DNA of 64,000 bases from Opitutales bacterium. GTDB lineage: Bacteria; Verrucomicrobiota; Verrucomicrobiia; Opitutales; JBHJGM01. Location of the stretch: NCBI GenBank assembly GCA_050331815.1, contig JBHJGM010000016.1, positions 65,653 to 129,652 on the forward strand. The letters are read 5' to 3'. Below, in pieces: positions 17,934-27,045 of this stretch (positions are counted from its first letter, which is position 1; each line of letters starts with the position of its first letter). The notes under the pieces were generated by a model. The model was not told where the DNA came from. It did no database searches and saw only the letters and a program-made list of their open reading frames with translations. The translations under genes and the position numbers were made by a program.

Positions 17934-18512
17934 CTAGACCGACTCAACAATGCGGTCAGCCAGGCCGTAATCAATGGACTGCTGCGCGTTCATGTAGAAG
18001 TCGCGGTCGGTATCTTTTTCGATCTTTTCAAGCGGCTGACCCGATGCCTCCGCCAGGATCTTATTCATCTCCGCGCGAGTTTTTTCCATCTCCTCGGCCT
18101 GAATGTTGATATCCACCGCCGGCGCAACGATGCGGCCCATGATCAGCGGCTGGTGAATCAGTACCCGCGCGTGCGGATAAATCAGCCGGCGGCCTTTCTC
18201 AGGCGCTGACAACAAAATCGACCCCATGCTCGCGGCAAGCCCGGTCACGACCACTGTCACCGGCGAGGTGATCAGTTTCATCGTGTCGTAGACGGCCATC
18301 CCGGCCGTAACTGAACCACCAGGGCTGTTCAGGTAAAAGGTGATGTCCTTGCCCGGTGCGTCTAACTCCAGATACAGCAGCTTTTCGGTGACATCCTTGG
18401 CCGACTCATCGTTGACCTCGCCCCACATGAAAATCTTCCGCTCTTCCAAAAAGCGCTTCTGCATCAGCATCGAAACGCCCCGGCTCTCCTCTTTTTTCTC
18501 GTTCTCCGGCAT
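17934..18512 (-). CDS. clpP: ATP-dependent Clp protease proteolytic subunit
   Basis: Motifs YLNSPGGSVTAG, GLAASMGS and IHQP are present. The start is set at MPENEKK (ATG 18512..18510). Confidence 0.95.
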   Translation of the reverse strand: MPENEKKEESRGVSMLMQKRFLEERKIFMWGEVNDESAKDVTEKLLYLELDAPGKDITFYLNSPGGSVTAGMAVYDTMKLITSPVTVVVTGLAASMGSILLSAPEKGRRLIYPHARVLIHQPLIMGRIVAPAVDINIQAEEMEKTRAEMNKILAEASGQPLEKIEKDTDRDFYMNAQQSIDYGLADRIVESV

Positions 18513-18601
18513 AGCTTGATTGGGTTTAAGACGGGGAACGGAGCACACTCGCCGCCCTAAAGCAACCCCGCAATCGGACCGGCCCGCGGCGCTTATAAGC
18601 C

Positions 18602-20035
18602 CTACTTCTCCAACAGGATGAAGAGCACGTTATCGGTAAAGGCGGGGTCCTTCGTCATGCCCAGGTGGTCGCTGAAGAGAAAGGTCACCGCGTGCCAATC
18701 CACCGGCGAAACCAACCGCACCTGGTCGGCGTTGGCGCGGTCCAAACGCTCGTCCGCCAGCGCGCTCGAACGCAACACTGTGCCATCGCCAGCGGCTTCC
18801 AACACCTCGACCAGCGCACCGGTCTCGCGCTCCAGCACGGCCACTGCCGGAGTGGACGCCGCATCCCCGGCTACCAGGTAAATCGAAGTGCCCTCGGGCG
18901 GGCGGGCCGGTGTGTCCAGCGCCGCATGAAAGGCCTCCGCCTGGGCCAGGCATTTCGCCAGATGCTCCCGGGCGATCGCACGTCGCTGCGATGCGGCGTA
19001 GACGTCCGGCAAAAGGTCCTCCAGCGGTGCCTTCGCCGCCGCATCGGTTAGGCCCCAACTAAAACGCTCCCACGTCGCCACGTCATACAGGCCACGCACG
19101 CCCACTTGCGAGCCCGCCCACTGCCAGGCCCGGTGCCGCTCCCGGGGCAGCAGCTGGTAAATCGATGGAAAGGTCCCCAGCGAAGCCGCCGGATAATTCG
19201 GCAGAGGCCCCGGATAGTCTTTCCCGGTCAGTAACTCCTCAAAGGCCTGTATCGAGCCCGCGCTGGGCGTCCCTACGAGGATCAGGTTATCCACCCGCTG
19301 GGCTCCCGCCCAGTTCAGTGCGGGCGGCGCGGCGGGGTCGAGCCTCTGATCGCCGTAGCGCAAATAATACCTGGCGACCAGCCCACCCATCGAATGCGCT
19401 ACGATGTCGAACTTTACCGGCCCTTCGTACCCGTACCGGCGCTTGCGCTCGGCGGCAACGTAGGCGGCCTTCTCCTCAATAAAGGCCGAGAGCTTGGCCG
19501 CGTTCTCGGCATTATCGCGCCGCCAGTCGTAGGCAAACTGGAAACTGGTAAAATGCGCGTCACCGTAATCGACGCCGCGGCTGCCTTCCGTCTCATCGCG
19601 GTAGCCACCCACCCCCAGCGACATCAGCACATCCCGATACGCCCGCAGACGCACGGGCAGCCCCAGAAAGCGCACCTCCACGTCGTCCAGCGGGCCGTCC
19701 GCCACCACCGAATCGGTCAGCGCGCTCAGCGGCTGGCCCTGTTCCATCGGCAGCGAAAACGTCCGCAGCCCATCGGCCTCCCGCGGGTTGGCAAATTTCG
19801 AATCGAAAGACCCCCAGACCCGCTGCCCGGTCTGCGCGTCCACCAGCCGCGAGCCGAGAATCCCCGGAATCACGATCACCGGATTGCGCAGATCCTCCCC
19901 GCGCTGGGCCACGTCGCTATAAATTTCGTCGAGATTGGGCCCGGGTCGCGGCGCAGTGTTGGAGGTGCAGCCGCCCAAAATCGCGGTAAGGGCACAAACG
20001 GGTGCAAGAAGTCGAAGTCGGGGCAGGCACAACAT
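18602..20035 (-). CDS. alpha/beta-hydrolase lipoprotein, LCAT/PGAP1-like lipase/acyltransferase
   Basis: It has a lipobox (LTAILGGCTS) and the nucleophile elbow IVAHSMGGLVARYY. The overall architecture is LCAT-like. The start is set at MLCLPRL (ATG 20035..20033). Confidence 0.7.
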   Translation of the reverse strand: MLCLPRLRLLAPVCALTAILGGCTSNTAPRPGPNLDEIYSDVAQRGEDLRNPVIVIPGILGSRLVDAQTGQRVWGSFDSKFANPREADGLRTFSLPMEQGQPLSALTDSVVADGPLDDVEVRFLGLPVRLRAYRDVLMSLGVGGYRDETEGSRGVDYGDAHFTSFQFAYDWRRDNAENAAKLSAFIEEKAAYVAAERKRRYGYEGPVKFDIVAHSMGGLVARYYLRYGDQRLDPAAPPALNWAGAQRVDNLILVGTPSAGSIQAFEELLTGKDYPGPLPNYPAASLGTFPSIYQLLPRERHRAWQWAGSQVGVRGLYDVATWERFSWGLTDAAAKAPLEDLLPDVYAASQRRAIAREHLAKCLAQAEAFHAALDTPARPPEGTSIYLVAGDAASTPAVAVLERETGALVEVLEAAGDGTVLRSSALADERLDRANADQVRLVSPVDWHAVTFLFSDHLGMTKDPAFTDNVLFILLEK

Positions 20036-20235
20036 GCATACAGAGTGCTTGCTCCACCGTATCAGGCGAGCCCCGAATCTTTCTTCCACCTACCCAGCCG
20101 CAGCGGCCACCTGCTTGTTGAATCCCTCGGAATTTTGGCCCCCTGGGTGCATGTTTTCTGACCAAGGCCCGGTCTGATTGCCTTTGACACCGGCGGCCCA
20201 TTGTCCGATTTTACTAGGCTTCCCAACATACATTT

Positions 20236-20310
20236 CGGGGCGTAGCGCAGCCTGGTTAGCGCACCTGCTTTGGGAGCAGGGGGTCGTGCGTTCGAATCGC
20301 ACCGCCCCGA
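20236..20310 (+). tRNA. tRNA-Pro (anticodon TGG)
   Basis: A hand-folded cloverleaf fits. The acceptor is CGGGGCG/CGCCCCG and the D arm is GCGC...GCGC. The anticodon arm is CCTGC-TTTGGGA-GCAGG and the T arm is GTGCG-TTCGAAT-CGCAC. The discriminator is A, and CCA is not encoded. Confidence 0.9.
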
Positions 20311-20459
20311 CTTTTTTCAAGTTCAAACGCGCGTTTCAATTCCCAAAACGCGTGCCGAATACACACTTGACCCTCTGAGGGTCGCCCACATCCTTAACAA
20401 AATTCTGACCGGCGACACGTCGCTCGCCGCGCTCACGCATCCGCCCTCTGCCTCCCGTT

Positions 20460-21728
20460 ATGAATTTTTGGAAGCTGTTGTTCGCGGCGCTCGCCCCGGT
20501 TTGTCTGTTCAGTTCGGTTCGTGCCGAAATGATCGAGCCCGGGCCGGCAGCCCCCTCAAATCCCGCCACGTCCGCCACCTCAAACGCTCAGCGTGGGGTC
20601 AAGGTCGCCGCCATCTTCGTTAAGAATCGCGGCGAGGACAGCCTCGACACCCTGCTGCCTTCCTTTGAGGACCAGCTCGTTACCGAGCTGACCAACCGCG
20701 GACTGCGCATCATCAGCTCCGAGGACACCACCCGTGCGGTGCGCTCCTTCCTCGGCAGCCAGAACGAGGGTGGTCTCACCGCCGACCCGCTCGATGCCCT
20801 GCTCGAAAACAGCACCTCGGCCACCCGGCTTGCCCAGAACCTCGGCGCGGACTTTCTCGTCATGGGCTCGTTGCTATCGACCGGGGTGCAGGTCCAGCAG
20901 ATCAACCGGCCCGATCTCGGCATCAACCGCTCGGTCTCCGACCACCAACTGCGCGCCAGCTACAAGATTCTCAGCGCGGTCAACGGCGAAAGCCTGGCCG
21001 CCGGTACCGTCCTCGCCTCCAAGCGCTCGCAGCAGTCCGGGTCCTTGCAAAATTCCAGCCCGCTTCTGGAGGATCTCATCGCCGACGCCGCCGTGAAAAT
21101 CGGCCAGAACATCCAGGCCAAGGGCGGGGCGAACATTCTGCCCGCACCCGCCACGCTGCCGGGCGATGTTGGCTTCACCGTCGTTTGCAGCGTGCAGGAC
21201 ATGACCGTCCCGGAGGTCACCCGTGACGACGATGGCAATTTCATCCTGACCGCCAATCGCTACAAACTCGAGCCTCTCGCCGTGGTTGTAGAGCTCAATG
21301 GCGTGGTCATCGGCTCGGCGCCCGGTCGTTTCACCGCTGCTCCCGGGCTCCATCGGCTGCGCCTGACCCGCGAGGGCTTCGAAACCTGGGAACGCACCAT
21401 CAACATCCGCGAAGGCCTCACCCTGAACGTGGCCATGACGCTCAACCCACAGGGCCGCCAGTACTGGATGGAGATGGCCGAGTTTTTTGCCAACCTTAAG
21501 CAGAACGAGCAGATGGCCGAAGCACAGGCCGAACAGGTCAAGGCCATCGCCCAGATGATGCGCCAAAGCGGCCTGCGCATCGACCGCCGTTCCGACGTCA
21601 ACATCAACACCACCGAAGCGCCGGGCGTCATCAACGAAGGTGGCATCACCGGTGCCACCGACAACGACGTCGTCTGGCCCATCACCAACGTCCTTTCCAA
21701 CACCGCGTCCGAAGCCGCCGCACCCTAA
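20460..21728 (+). CDS. secreted protein: CsgG/LpoB-like N-terminal module + PEGA domain + coiled-coil tail
   Basis: It has a signal peptide. LVTELTNRGLRIISSED...LGADFLVMGSLLS is CsgG/LpoB-like. The PEGA-like block is VVVELNGVVIGSAPGRFTAAPGLHRLRLTREGFETWERTINIREG. Confidence 0.75.
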   Translation: MNFWKLLFAALAPVCLFSSVRAEMIEPGPAAPSNPATSATSNAQRGVKVAAIFVKNRGEDSLDTLLPSFEDQLVTELTNRGLRIISSEDTTRAVRSFLGSQNEGGLTADPLDALLENSTSATRLAQNLGADFLVMGSLLSTGVQVQQINRPDLGINRSVSDHQLRASYKILSAVNGESLAAGTVLASKRSQQSGSLQNSSPLLEDLIADAAVKIGQNIQAKGGANILPAPATLPGDVGFTVVCSVQDMTVPEVTRDDDGNFILTANRYKLEPLAVVVELNGVVIGSAPGRFTAAPGLHRLRLTREGFETWERTINIREGLTLNVAMTLNPQGRQYWMEMAEFFANLKQNEQMAEAQAEQVKAIAQMMRQSGLRIDRRSDVNINTTEAPGVINEGGITGATDNDVVWPITNVLSNTASEAAAP

Positions 21729-21756
21729 CCGCCTCCAGCCTTTCCAGTTTCCCGTC

Positions 21757-22659
21757 ATGAAAACTGCCCGGATACTCTCAGCCCTTTCCATTCTGCTCGC
21801 CGGAGCCGTCACGCTGCCGGCCCAAAGCGGCTTGCTCTCGATCGGCATTCAGGAGGTCGAGGTCGTCGACTCCGTGATGGTGGCCACCACCGCCGCCGGT
21901 GCCGACAAGGCCATTTCCCTGCAGCGCGTGGCCGACTCGATGGGCCAGCAGCTGATCGACCGCGTGCACAACACCCGCAAGTTCAAGGTCGTCTCCCGCA
22001 GCGACCTCGAGACCATGCTCAAGGAGCAGGAACTGCAACAGGTCTTTGCCGATCCGACCGACACTCAGGTCGCCCAGGCCTTCAAAATGGCCGGCTGCAA
22101 ATACGCCCTGATCACCACCATCGACGACTTTCAGGACATCCAGCAGCAGCTGCGTGCCGAAGGCGGCCAGGTCCTCGCCACCAAGCGCATCGTGCGACTT
22201 TCCGCCGTCGCCAAGATTTACGACACCACGGACTTCACCCTGCTGGAAACCGCCAACTTTCAGATGACCAACAAGGACGCCGAGGAGGCGCAGTTTGGAG
22301 TCATTGGTGACGGCGACGACAGCGACGCGCTGCTCACCATCATGGCCCGCGAAATGTCTTACAAGGCGGCCAACCGCGTGCTCGACGTCATCTTCCCGGC
22401 CAAGGTTATCGCCATGACCGGCAGCGTAGTCACCATCAACCGCGGTGACGGCACCGGCATCCAAGAAGGCCAGGTCTGGAATGTCTATGCGCTCGGCGAA
22501 GCCCTCATCGACCCCGACACCGGCGAGAGCCTCGGTGCCGAGGAAGTGCTGATGGGCAAGGTCGAGGTCATCGGCGTGACCCCAAAGTTCGCGCGTGCCA
22601 AAGTTCTCGAAGACTACGGCGTCGACAAGCTCCAGGTCCTTCGCCTGGCCGATTCCTGA
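21757..22659 (+). CDS. secreted CsgG/LpoB-like protein with a FlgT_C-like beta domain
   Basis: It has a signal peptide and no lipobox. MGQQLIDRVHNTRKFKVVSRSDLETMLKEQELQ...AGCKYALITTIDDF fits the CsgG-family pattern. The C-terminal GSVVTINRGDGTGIQEGQVWNVY is beta-barrel-like. Confidence 0.7.
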   Translation: MKTARILSALSILLAGAVTLPAQSGLLSIGIQEVEVVDSVMVATTAAGADKAISLQRVADSMGQQLIDRVHNTRKFKVVSRSDLETMLKEQELQQVFADPTDTQVAQAFKMAGCKYALITTIDDFQDIQQQLRAEGGQVLATKRIVRLSAVAKIYDTTDFTLLETANFQMTNKDAEEAQFGVIGDGDDSDALLTIMAREMSYKAANRVLDVIFPAKVIAMTGSVVTINRGDGTGIQEGQVWNVYALGEALIDPDTGESLGAEEVLMGKVEVIGVTPKFARAKVLEDYGVDKLQVLRLADS

Positions 22660-22735
22660 GACCGAAACGGTAACCAACTCTTTCGTTCGAACCGTCCAGT
22701 TTGCTGCCTGCTTTCCGTCCTACGTCTGAACTTCC

Positions 22736-24244
22736 ATGAAGCCGCCTGCCCGCTCTGCTTCGTTTCTCGCCTCCAGCCAACGCATACTTCGCGTTGGGCT
22801 GCCGCTGTTGCTGCTGGGCCTCGTTGCCGGTTGTCAGCACAACGCCTCCCTGCTGGAAGCTCAAGAGGCTTACCGAGCCGGTGACATCGCTCTGGCCAAA
22901 ACCAGCATCCAGGGCTACGTCCAGGACGACGGCGATGGCCGCGACCGCCTTATCGCGCACCTCGAGGAAGGCTCGATCCTGCGCACCGCCGGCGACATCG
23001 AGCTGTCCAATGCCGCCTTCGAACTGGCCGACCAGTACGTCGAAGAGTTCGACCAGATGGCCAGCGTCTCCGTCACCAAAGAAGGCACCGCCCTCTTCAC
23101 CAACCTCAACTTCCTGCCTTACCGGGGGATGCACTACGACCGCATCATGCTCAGCATGTACCGGGCGATGAACTTCCTTTCCCTGGGCGACGCCGACTCC
23201 GCCCGCGTGGAGCTGTTCCGTGTTTACGACCGCCAGCAAATCGCCGTCGAGGCCAACGCCAAGCGCATCGCCAAAGCACAGGAAGAGCTCGAAGACGCCA
23301 ACCAACAGAAAACATCCAACGAGCGCTACGATGTCGATCGCGCCCGCCAGGACCCCGGCTTCCAGTCCGGCCTGGATTCAGCCTACAACAACCTCGAGCA
23401 GTTCAACGCCTACGAGGCCTACGTAAATCCCTACGCGGAATTCTTTCAGGCGCTCTATTTTATGGCCAACCCGGCTGACGCCAACGACCTCGAGCGTGGG
23501 CGCGTCTCCATGGAGCGGGTCAACGGTATGGTGCCCGAAAACGCCTACCTCGCCGAGGACCTCGACTTGGCCACCCAGCGCGCGCGCGGCGCACCGATGC
23601 CGAACCTGACCTACGTCATCTTCGAGACCGGCGTGGCCCCGCACCGTGAAACCATCCGCATCGATATCCCGCTCTTTCTGGTCAACAACGAAGTCGATTA
23701 CGTCGGCGCTGCCTTTCCCAGGCTGGAAACGCACGACGGCTTTGCTCGCAGCATGCGCGTCGTCGCCGAGGGCGAACCCTACGACACCTCCATTCTGGCC
23801 GATATCGATACCATTGTCATTCAGGAGTTTAAGAACGAGCTGCCGCTCATCATCACCAAGACGCTGATCGCCAGCGGCACCAAGGCGCTCGCCGCCTACG
23901 TGGCCAAGGAAGCCGTCAAGGACCAGGACCCCTGGGTGCAACTGGCCACGCGGATCGCAACCACCACCTATCAAGTTTCGCAAAACCAGGCCGACTTGCG
24001 CACCTGGGCCACGCTGCCCAAGCAGGTTCAGTACGCACGCTTGCCGACGCCGGCTGGCGGTCTCATCCTGGTCTCAACTCCCGGAACCCCGCAGCCCGAG
24101 CCCGTGTCCGTAAATCCCGAAGGCGTCAACGTCGTGCTCGTACGCAGCGTCCATACTTACGCTCCGCTGCAAATCTACACTTTTAACCTCGTACCAGGCG
24201 CACAATGGCAAACAACCGCATCGTACTCTCCATCGGCACGCTGA
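22736..24244 (+). CDS. COG3014-like lipoprotein, function unknown
   Basis: It has a lipobox (LLGLVAGCQ). GRDRLIAHLEEGSILRTAGDIELSNAAFELAD and YRGMHYDRIMLSMYRAMNFLSLGDADSARVELFR match my recollection of the COG3014 family pattern. Confidence 0.6.
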   Translation: MKPPARSASFLASSQRILRVGLPLLLLGLVAGCQHNASLLEAQEAYRAGDIALAKTSIQGYVQDDGDGRDRLIAHLEEGSILRTAGDIELSNAAFELADQYVEEFDQMASVSVTKEGTALFTNLNFLPYRGMHYDRIMLSMYRAMNFLSLGDADSARVELFRVYDRQQIAVEANAKRIAKAQEELEDANQQKTSNERYDVDRARQDPGFQSGLDSAYNNLEQFNAYEAYVNPYAEFFQALYFMANPADANDLERGRVSMERVNGMVPENAYLAEDLDLATQRARGAPMPNLTYVIFETGVAPHRETIRIDIPLFLVNNEVDYVGAAFPRLETHDGFARSMRVVAEGEPYDTSILADIDTIVIQEFKNELPLIITKTLIASGTKALAAYVAKEAVKDQDPWVQLATRIATTTYQVSQNQADLRTWATLPKQVQYARLPTPAGGLILVSTPGTPQPEPVSVNPEGVNVVLVRSVHTYAPLQIYTFNLVPGAQWQTTASYSPSAR

Positions 24245-24639
24245 GCTTCGCGCTCGCGCTGTTTTCGGGCTGCAAAAGCCAGACCGTGAACACCACCGAC
24301 CCGGCTTTCTCCAACGCCAACCCGACCAACGTCACCATCGACCAGGTCGAGACCGACAGTTCGCTGAGCAACAAGGCCGGCATCCTGGGCGTGCGTGAAT
24401 CGCGCACCCCGGGCGGCTTGCTGCGCATTCAGGCCGAGATCTTCAACTCGACCAACAAGCGCCAGGAGGTGAACTACCGCGTGGACTGGTTCGACCAAGA
24501 CGGCATCGTCATCGACTCGCCCATGTCCAGCTGGAAGCGCATCTCGCTCGCCGGCAAGGACACCCAGCCGATCACCGCCACGGCCCCCTCGCCCAACGCC
24601 GCCGACTTCCGCATCAAGCTCGTCGAGCCCGGCTCCTAA
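24205..24639 (+). CDS. ycfL: YcfL (DUF1425) family lipoprotein
   Basis: It has a lipobox (LALFSGCKS). GGLLRIQAEIFNSTNKRQEVNYRVDWFDQDGIVI...APSPNAADFRIKL fits the YcfL pattern. It overlaps the upstream gene by 40 nt. Confidence 0.7.
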   Translation: MANNRIVLSIGTLSFALALFSGCKSQTVNTTDPAFSNANPTNVTIDQVETDSSLSNKAGILGVRESRTPGGLLRIQAEIFNSTNKRQEVNYRVDWFDQDGIVIDSPMSSWKRISLAGKDTQPITATAPSPNAADFRIKLVEPGS

Positions 24640-24681
24640 CACACACACCTTTACCGACCAACGCCCACGCACGCACGAACC

Positions 24682-25308
24682 ATGAAGACACAATACGCTT
24701 GCCGAATCCTTCTGGCCTCGCTTTTTGCCGGTGGCCTCTTCGCCCTGAGTGGCTGCACCAGCTCCGAAGGCGCCCGCCGCATCGAATCCGGTGGCACCGA
24801 GTCCATCACCACCGTCAACCAGCTCGACACCAAGGACGCCGTGGACGCCGCCGCCAAGATGTCCGAGTCGCTGCTCAATTCGGGCGTACTCGGCACCCAG
24901 GGCCGGCCCTCCTACATCGCCATTTCCAATTACGTTAACAACACCGGCATCCACCTGGACCGCGATCTGGTCGTCAAGCAGATCCGCGTGAGCCTCAACA
25001 AGGCCGGGGTGGCCCAGACCATCACGACCATCGGTGCTGCCGGCACCGCCGCCAATTCCGAGGATACCCTCGCCACCAATCGCGCCCAGATCAACGACTT
25101 CCTCAACGAGGGCAGCGGCCAGACCACCGTCAAGCCGGAGTACTCGCTGACCTACAAGGCCCTTCGTCAAAGCGCCCGCGCCGGCAACGTCAGCGAAAAC
25201 ACCTTCATCTTCCAGATGTCGCTGACCGAAATCGCCACCGGGCTCGCCGTCTGGGAAGACCAGACCATGATCACCAAGCAGGGCAAGAAGCCCTCGGTCG
25301 GCTGGTAA
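24682..25308 (+). CDS. lpoB: LpoB / LPP20 (COG3417) family lipoprotein
   Basis: It has a lipobox (LFALSGCTS). DTKDAVDAAAKMSESLLNSG...PSYIAISNYVNNTGIHLDRDLVVKQIRVSLNKAG fits the LpoB-family pattern. Confidence 0.7.
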   Translation: MKTQYACRILLASLFAGGLFALSGCTSSEGARRIESGGTESITTVNQLDTKDAVDAAAKMSESLLNSGVLGTQGRPSYIAISNYVNNTGIHLDRDLVVKQIRVSLNKAGVAQTITTIGAAGTAANSEDTLATNRAQINDFLNEGSGQTTVKPEYSLTYKALRQSARAGNVSENTFIFQMSLTEIATGLAVWEDQTMITKQGKKPSVGW

Positions 25309-25336
25309 ACTTACGTACCTAAGTTTTTAATACACC

Positions 25337-25371
25337 ACGCCTCCGGCCTGCCGCCGGGGGCGTTTTTGTTT
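25337..25371 (+). terminator. intrinsic terminator closing the five-gene operon
   Basis: GC-rich hairpin CGCCTCCGG-CCTGC-CGCCGGGGGCG followed by TTTTTGTTT. Confidence 0.65.
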
Positions 25372-25533
25372 GCGCACCGAAGCCTTCACGCAGGGAAGCA
25401 AAATTCACAGGAACAAAAGGGGCGCACACCTGGATCTTGGATACGAAACGCCTCAAGTGGCTACGTTCGCGCCACAGGCAAATCGGGCTCCAGCCCATGG
25501 CCCGCGCTAGCCTTTTAATCATAAAGCGCCAGC

Positions 25534-25905
25534 TTATTCCTCCAGCCGGTGCGCTTCAAGGGCTGTCTGATCGACAAACTCAATGGCCGCCTCCGCCGTA
25601 GCTTCAAGAATTACCGGCGGCGCGACACCCGCCTCGTAAGCCTCCTGCCAGCGTTGCGCACAGAGGCACCAGCGGTCGCCCGGCATCAGCCCCGGAAAGT
25701 GATACTCCGGACGCGGCGTGCTCAAATCGTTGCCGCGGCCTTGGGAAAATTCCAGAAACTCAGCCGTCACCTGCGCGCAGACCACGTGCACGCCGAGATC
25801 ATCACGCCCGGTCCGGCAGCAGCCATCGCGAAAAAAGCCCGTCATCGGGTCGGTGGAACAAGGCACCAGCCCAGTGCCCAAAACGTTGCGTCCGCTTGTC
25901 GCCAT
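25534..25905 (-). CDS. DUF2237 family protein
   Basis: GTGLVPCSTDPMTGFFRDGCCRTG...HVVCAQVTAEFLEFS...PGDRWCLCAQRW is the typical DUF2237 pattern. The start is set at MATSGRN (ATG 25905..25903). Confidence 0.8.
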   Translation of the reverse strand: MATSGRNVLGTGLVPCSTDPMTGFFRDGCCRTGRDDLGVHVVCAQVTAEFLEFSQGRGNDLSTPRPEYHFPGLMPGDRWCLCAQRWQEAYEAGVAPPVILEATAEAAIEFVDQTALEAHRLEE

Positions 25906-25987
25906 ACAGGCATCCTCGCCACCTTCGTGCCGGTGTCCAGCGCGCGGACTATTTTTGACAGACTCCCGCTTTCGGGCAGGTTGCTGC

Positions 25988-27022
25988 ATGACGCAATCCG
26001 CCGCCCAAGCGCCCGCCCGTCCCGAACTCGATGCCCAGCCCGCCGGCATGCTCGCCGGTCTTTTCATCGGCGACGCCCTGGCCATGCCGGTGCACTGGTA
26101 CTACGACCCCGAAGCCCTTCGCAAGGACTACGGAGAGGTGCGCGCATACCTGGCCCCGCGCAACCCACACCCCTTCAGCATTCTCTGGCGCTCCAGCTAC
26201 AAAGCGCCCAATCCGCGCGGCGAAATCCTGCATGACCAGGTACGCTACTGGGGCCAGCGCGACGTGCACTATCACCAGTTTCAAAAGGCCGGCGAAAACA
26301 CCCTCACCGCCAAGCTTTGTCGCCTGCTTTGGCAGAGCCTGCACGAGGACGGCGGCTGGAATCCGGATGCCTACCTCCAGCGCTACATCGCCTATTTGAC
26401 GACGCCGGGCACCCACAACGATACCTACCTCGAGGAATGCCACCGCGACTTTTTCGCCAACTACGCTCGCGGTGCTGAACCCCGCCAGTGTGCCACCGAG
26501 GAGAAACACATCGCCGGGCTCGCCGCGCTCTTCCCCATCCTCGCCCACGAAACCAGCGACCTTGCGTCCGCTCGCGCCCATGCCCTCGAACGCCTGGAGT
26601 TGACCCACCCGGGCCACCGCATGCGCTGGGCAGCCAACCTGATGCTCGACCTCTTTGATCGCGTGCACCAAGGCACCCACATTCAGGAGGCCGCAACTCA
26701 GCTGCTGCCCAGAGTTGCAAAAAGTGTCTCCGCCGACCAGTGGCAGCACCTGCTGAGTCAGAACACCACCGCCGTGCTCAACCGCGCCATCGGCACGGTC
26801 TGCTACGTGGAGCAAGCAGTGCCCGCCATACTGTACCTGCTCTGCAAGCATGGCGAAGATCCCGAACAGGCCCTTATTGAAAATACCCACGCAGGCGGCG
26901 ACAACGTGCACCGAGGCGCAGTGCTCGGCGCGCTGCTGGGGTACGCGCACGGCATCGATGCCTGGCCCCAGCGCTGGCGAGAGGGTCTGGTTGAAGGCCT
27001 ACCCTTTTCTACGCAAACTTAG
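25988..27022 (+). CDS. ADP-ribosylglycohydrolase family protein
   Basis: MLAGLFIGDALAMPVHWYY near the N-terminus and GGDNVHRGAVLGALLG near the C-terminus match the family. The start is set at MTQSAAQ (ATG 25988). Confidence 0.8.
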   Translation: MTQSAAQAPARPELDAQPAGMLAGLFIGDALAMPVHWYYDPEALRKDYGEVRAYLAPRNPHPFSILWRSSYKAPNPRGEILHDQVRYWGQRDVHYHQFQKAGENTLTAKLCRLLWQSLHEDGGWNPDAYLQRYIAYLTTPGTHNDTYLEECHRDFFANYARGAEPRQCATEEKHIAGLAALFPILAHETSDLASARAHALERLELTHPGHRMRWAANLMLDLFDRVHQGTHIQEAATQLLPRVAKSVSADQWQHLLSQNTTAVLNRAIGTVCYVEQAVPAILYLLCKHGEDPEQALIENTHAGGDNVHRGAVLGALLGYAHGIDAWPQRWREGLVEGLPFSTQT

Positions 27023-27045
27023 CCGGTCGCAGGTGGGCGCGCGGT

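Noticed and set aside
20090-20459. Integrative element or prophage boundary at tRNA-Pro (and likewise at tRNA-CAT)
   Set aside because: There is no integrase, no duplicated tRNA 3' segment and no compositional shift adjacent to tRNA-Pro. The flanking genes look like ordinary chromosomal genes.
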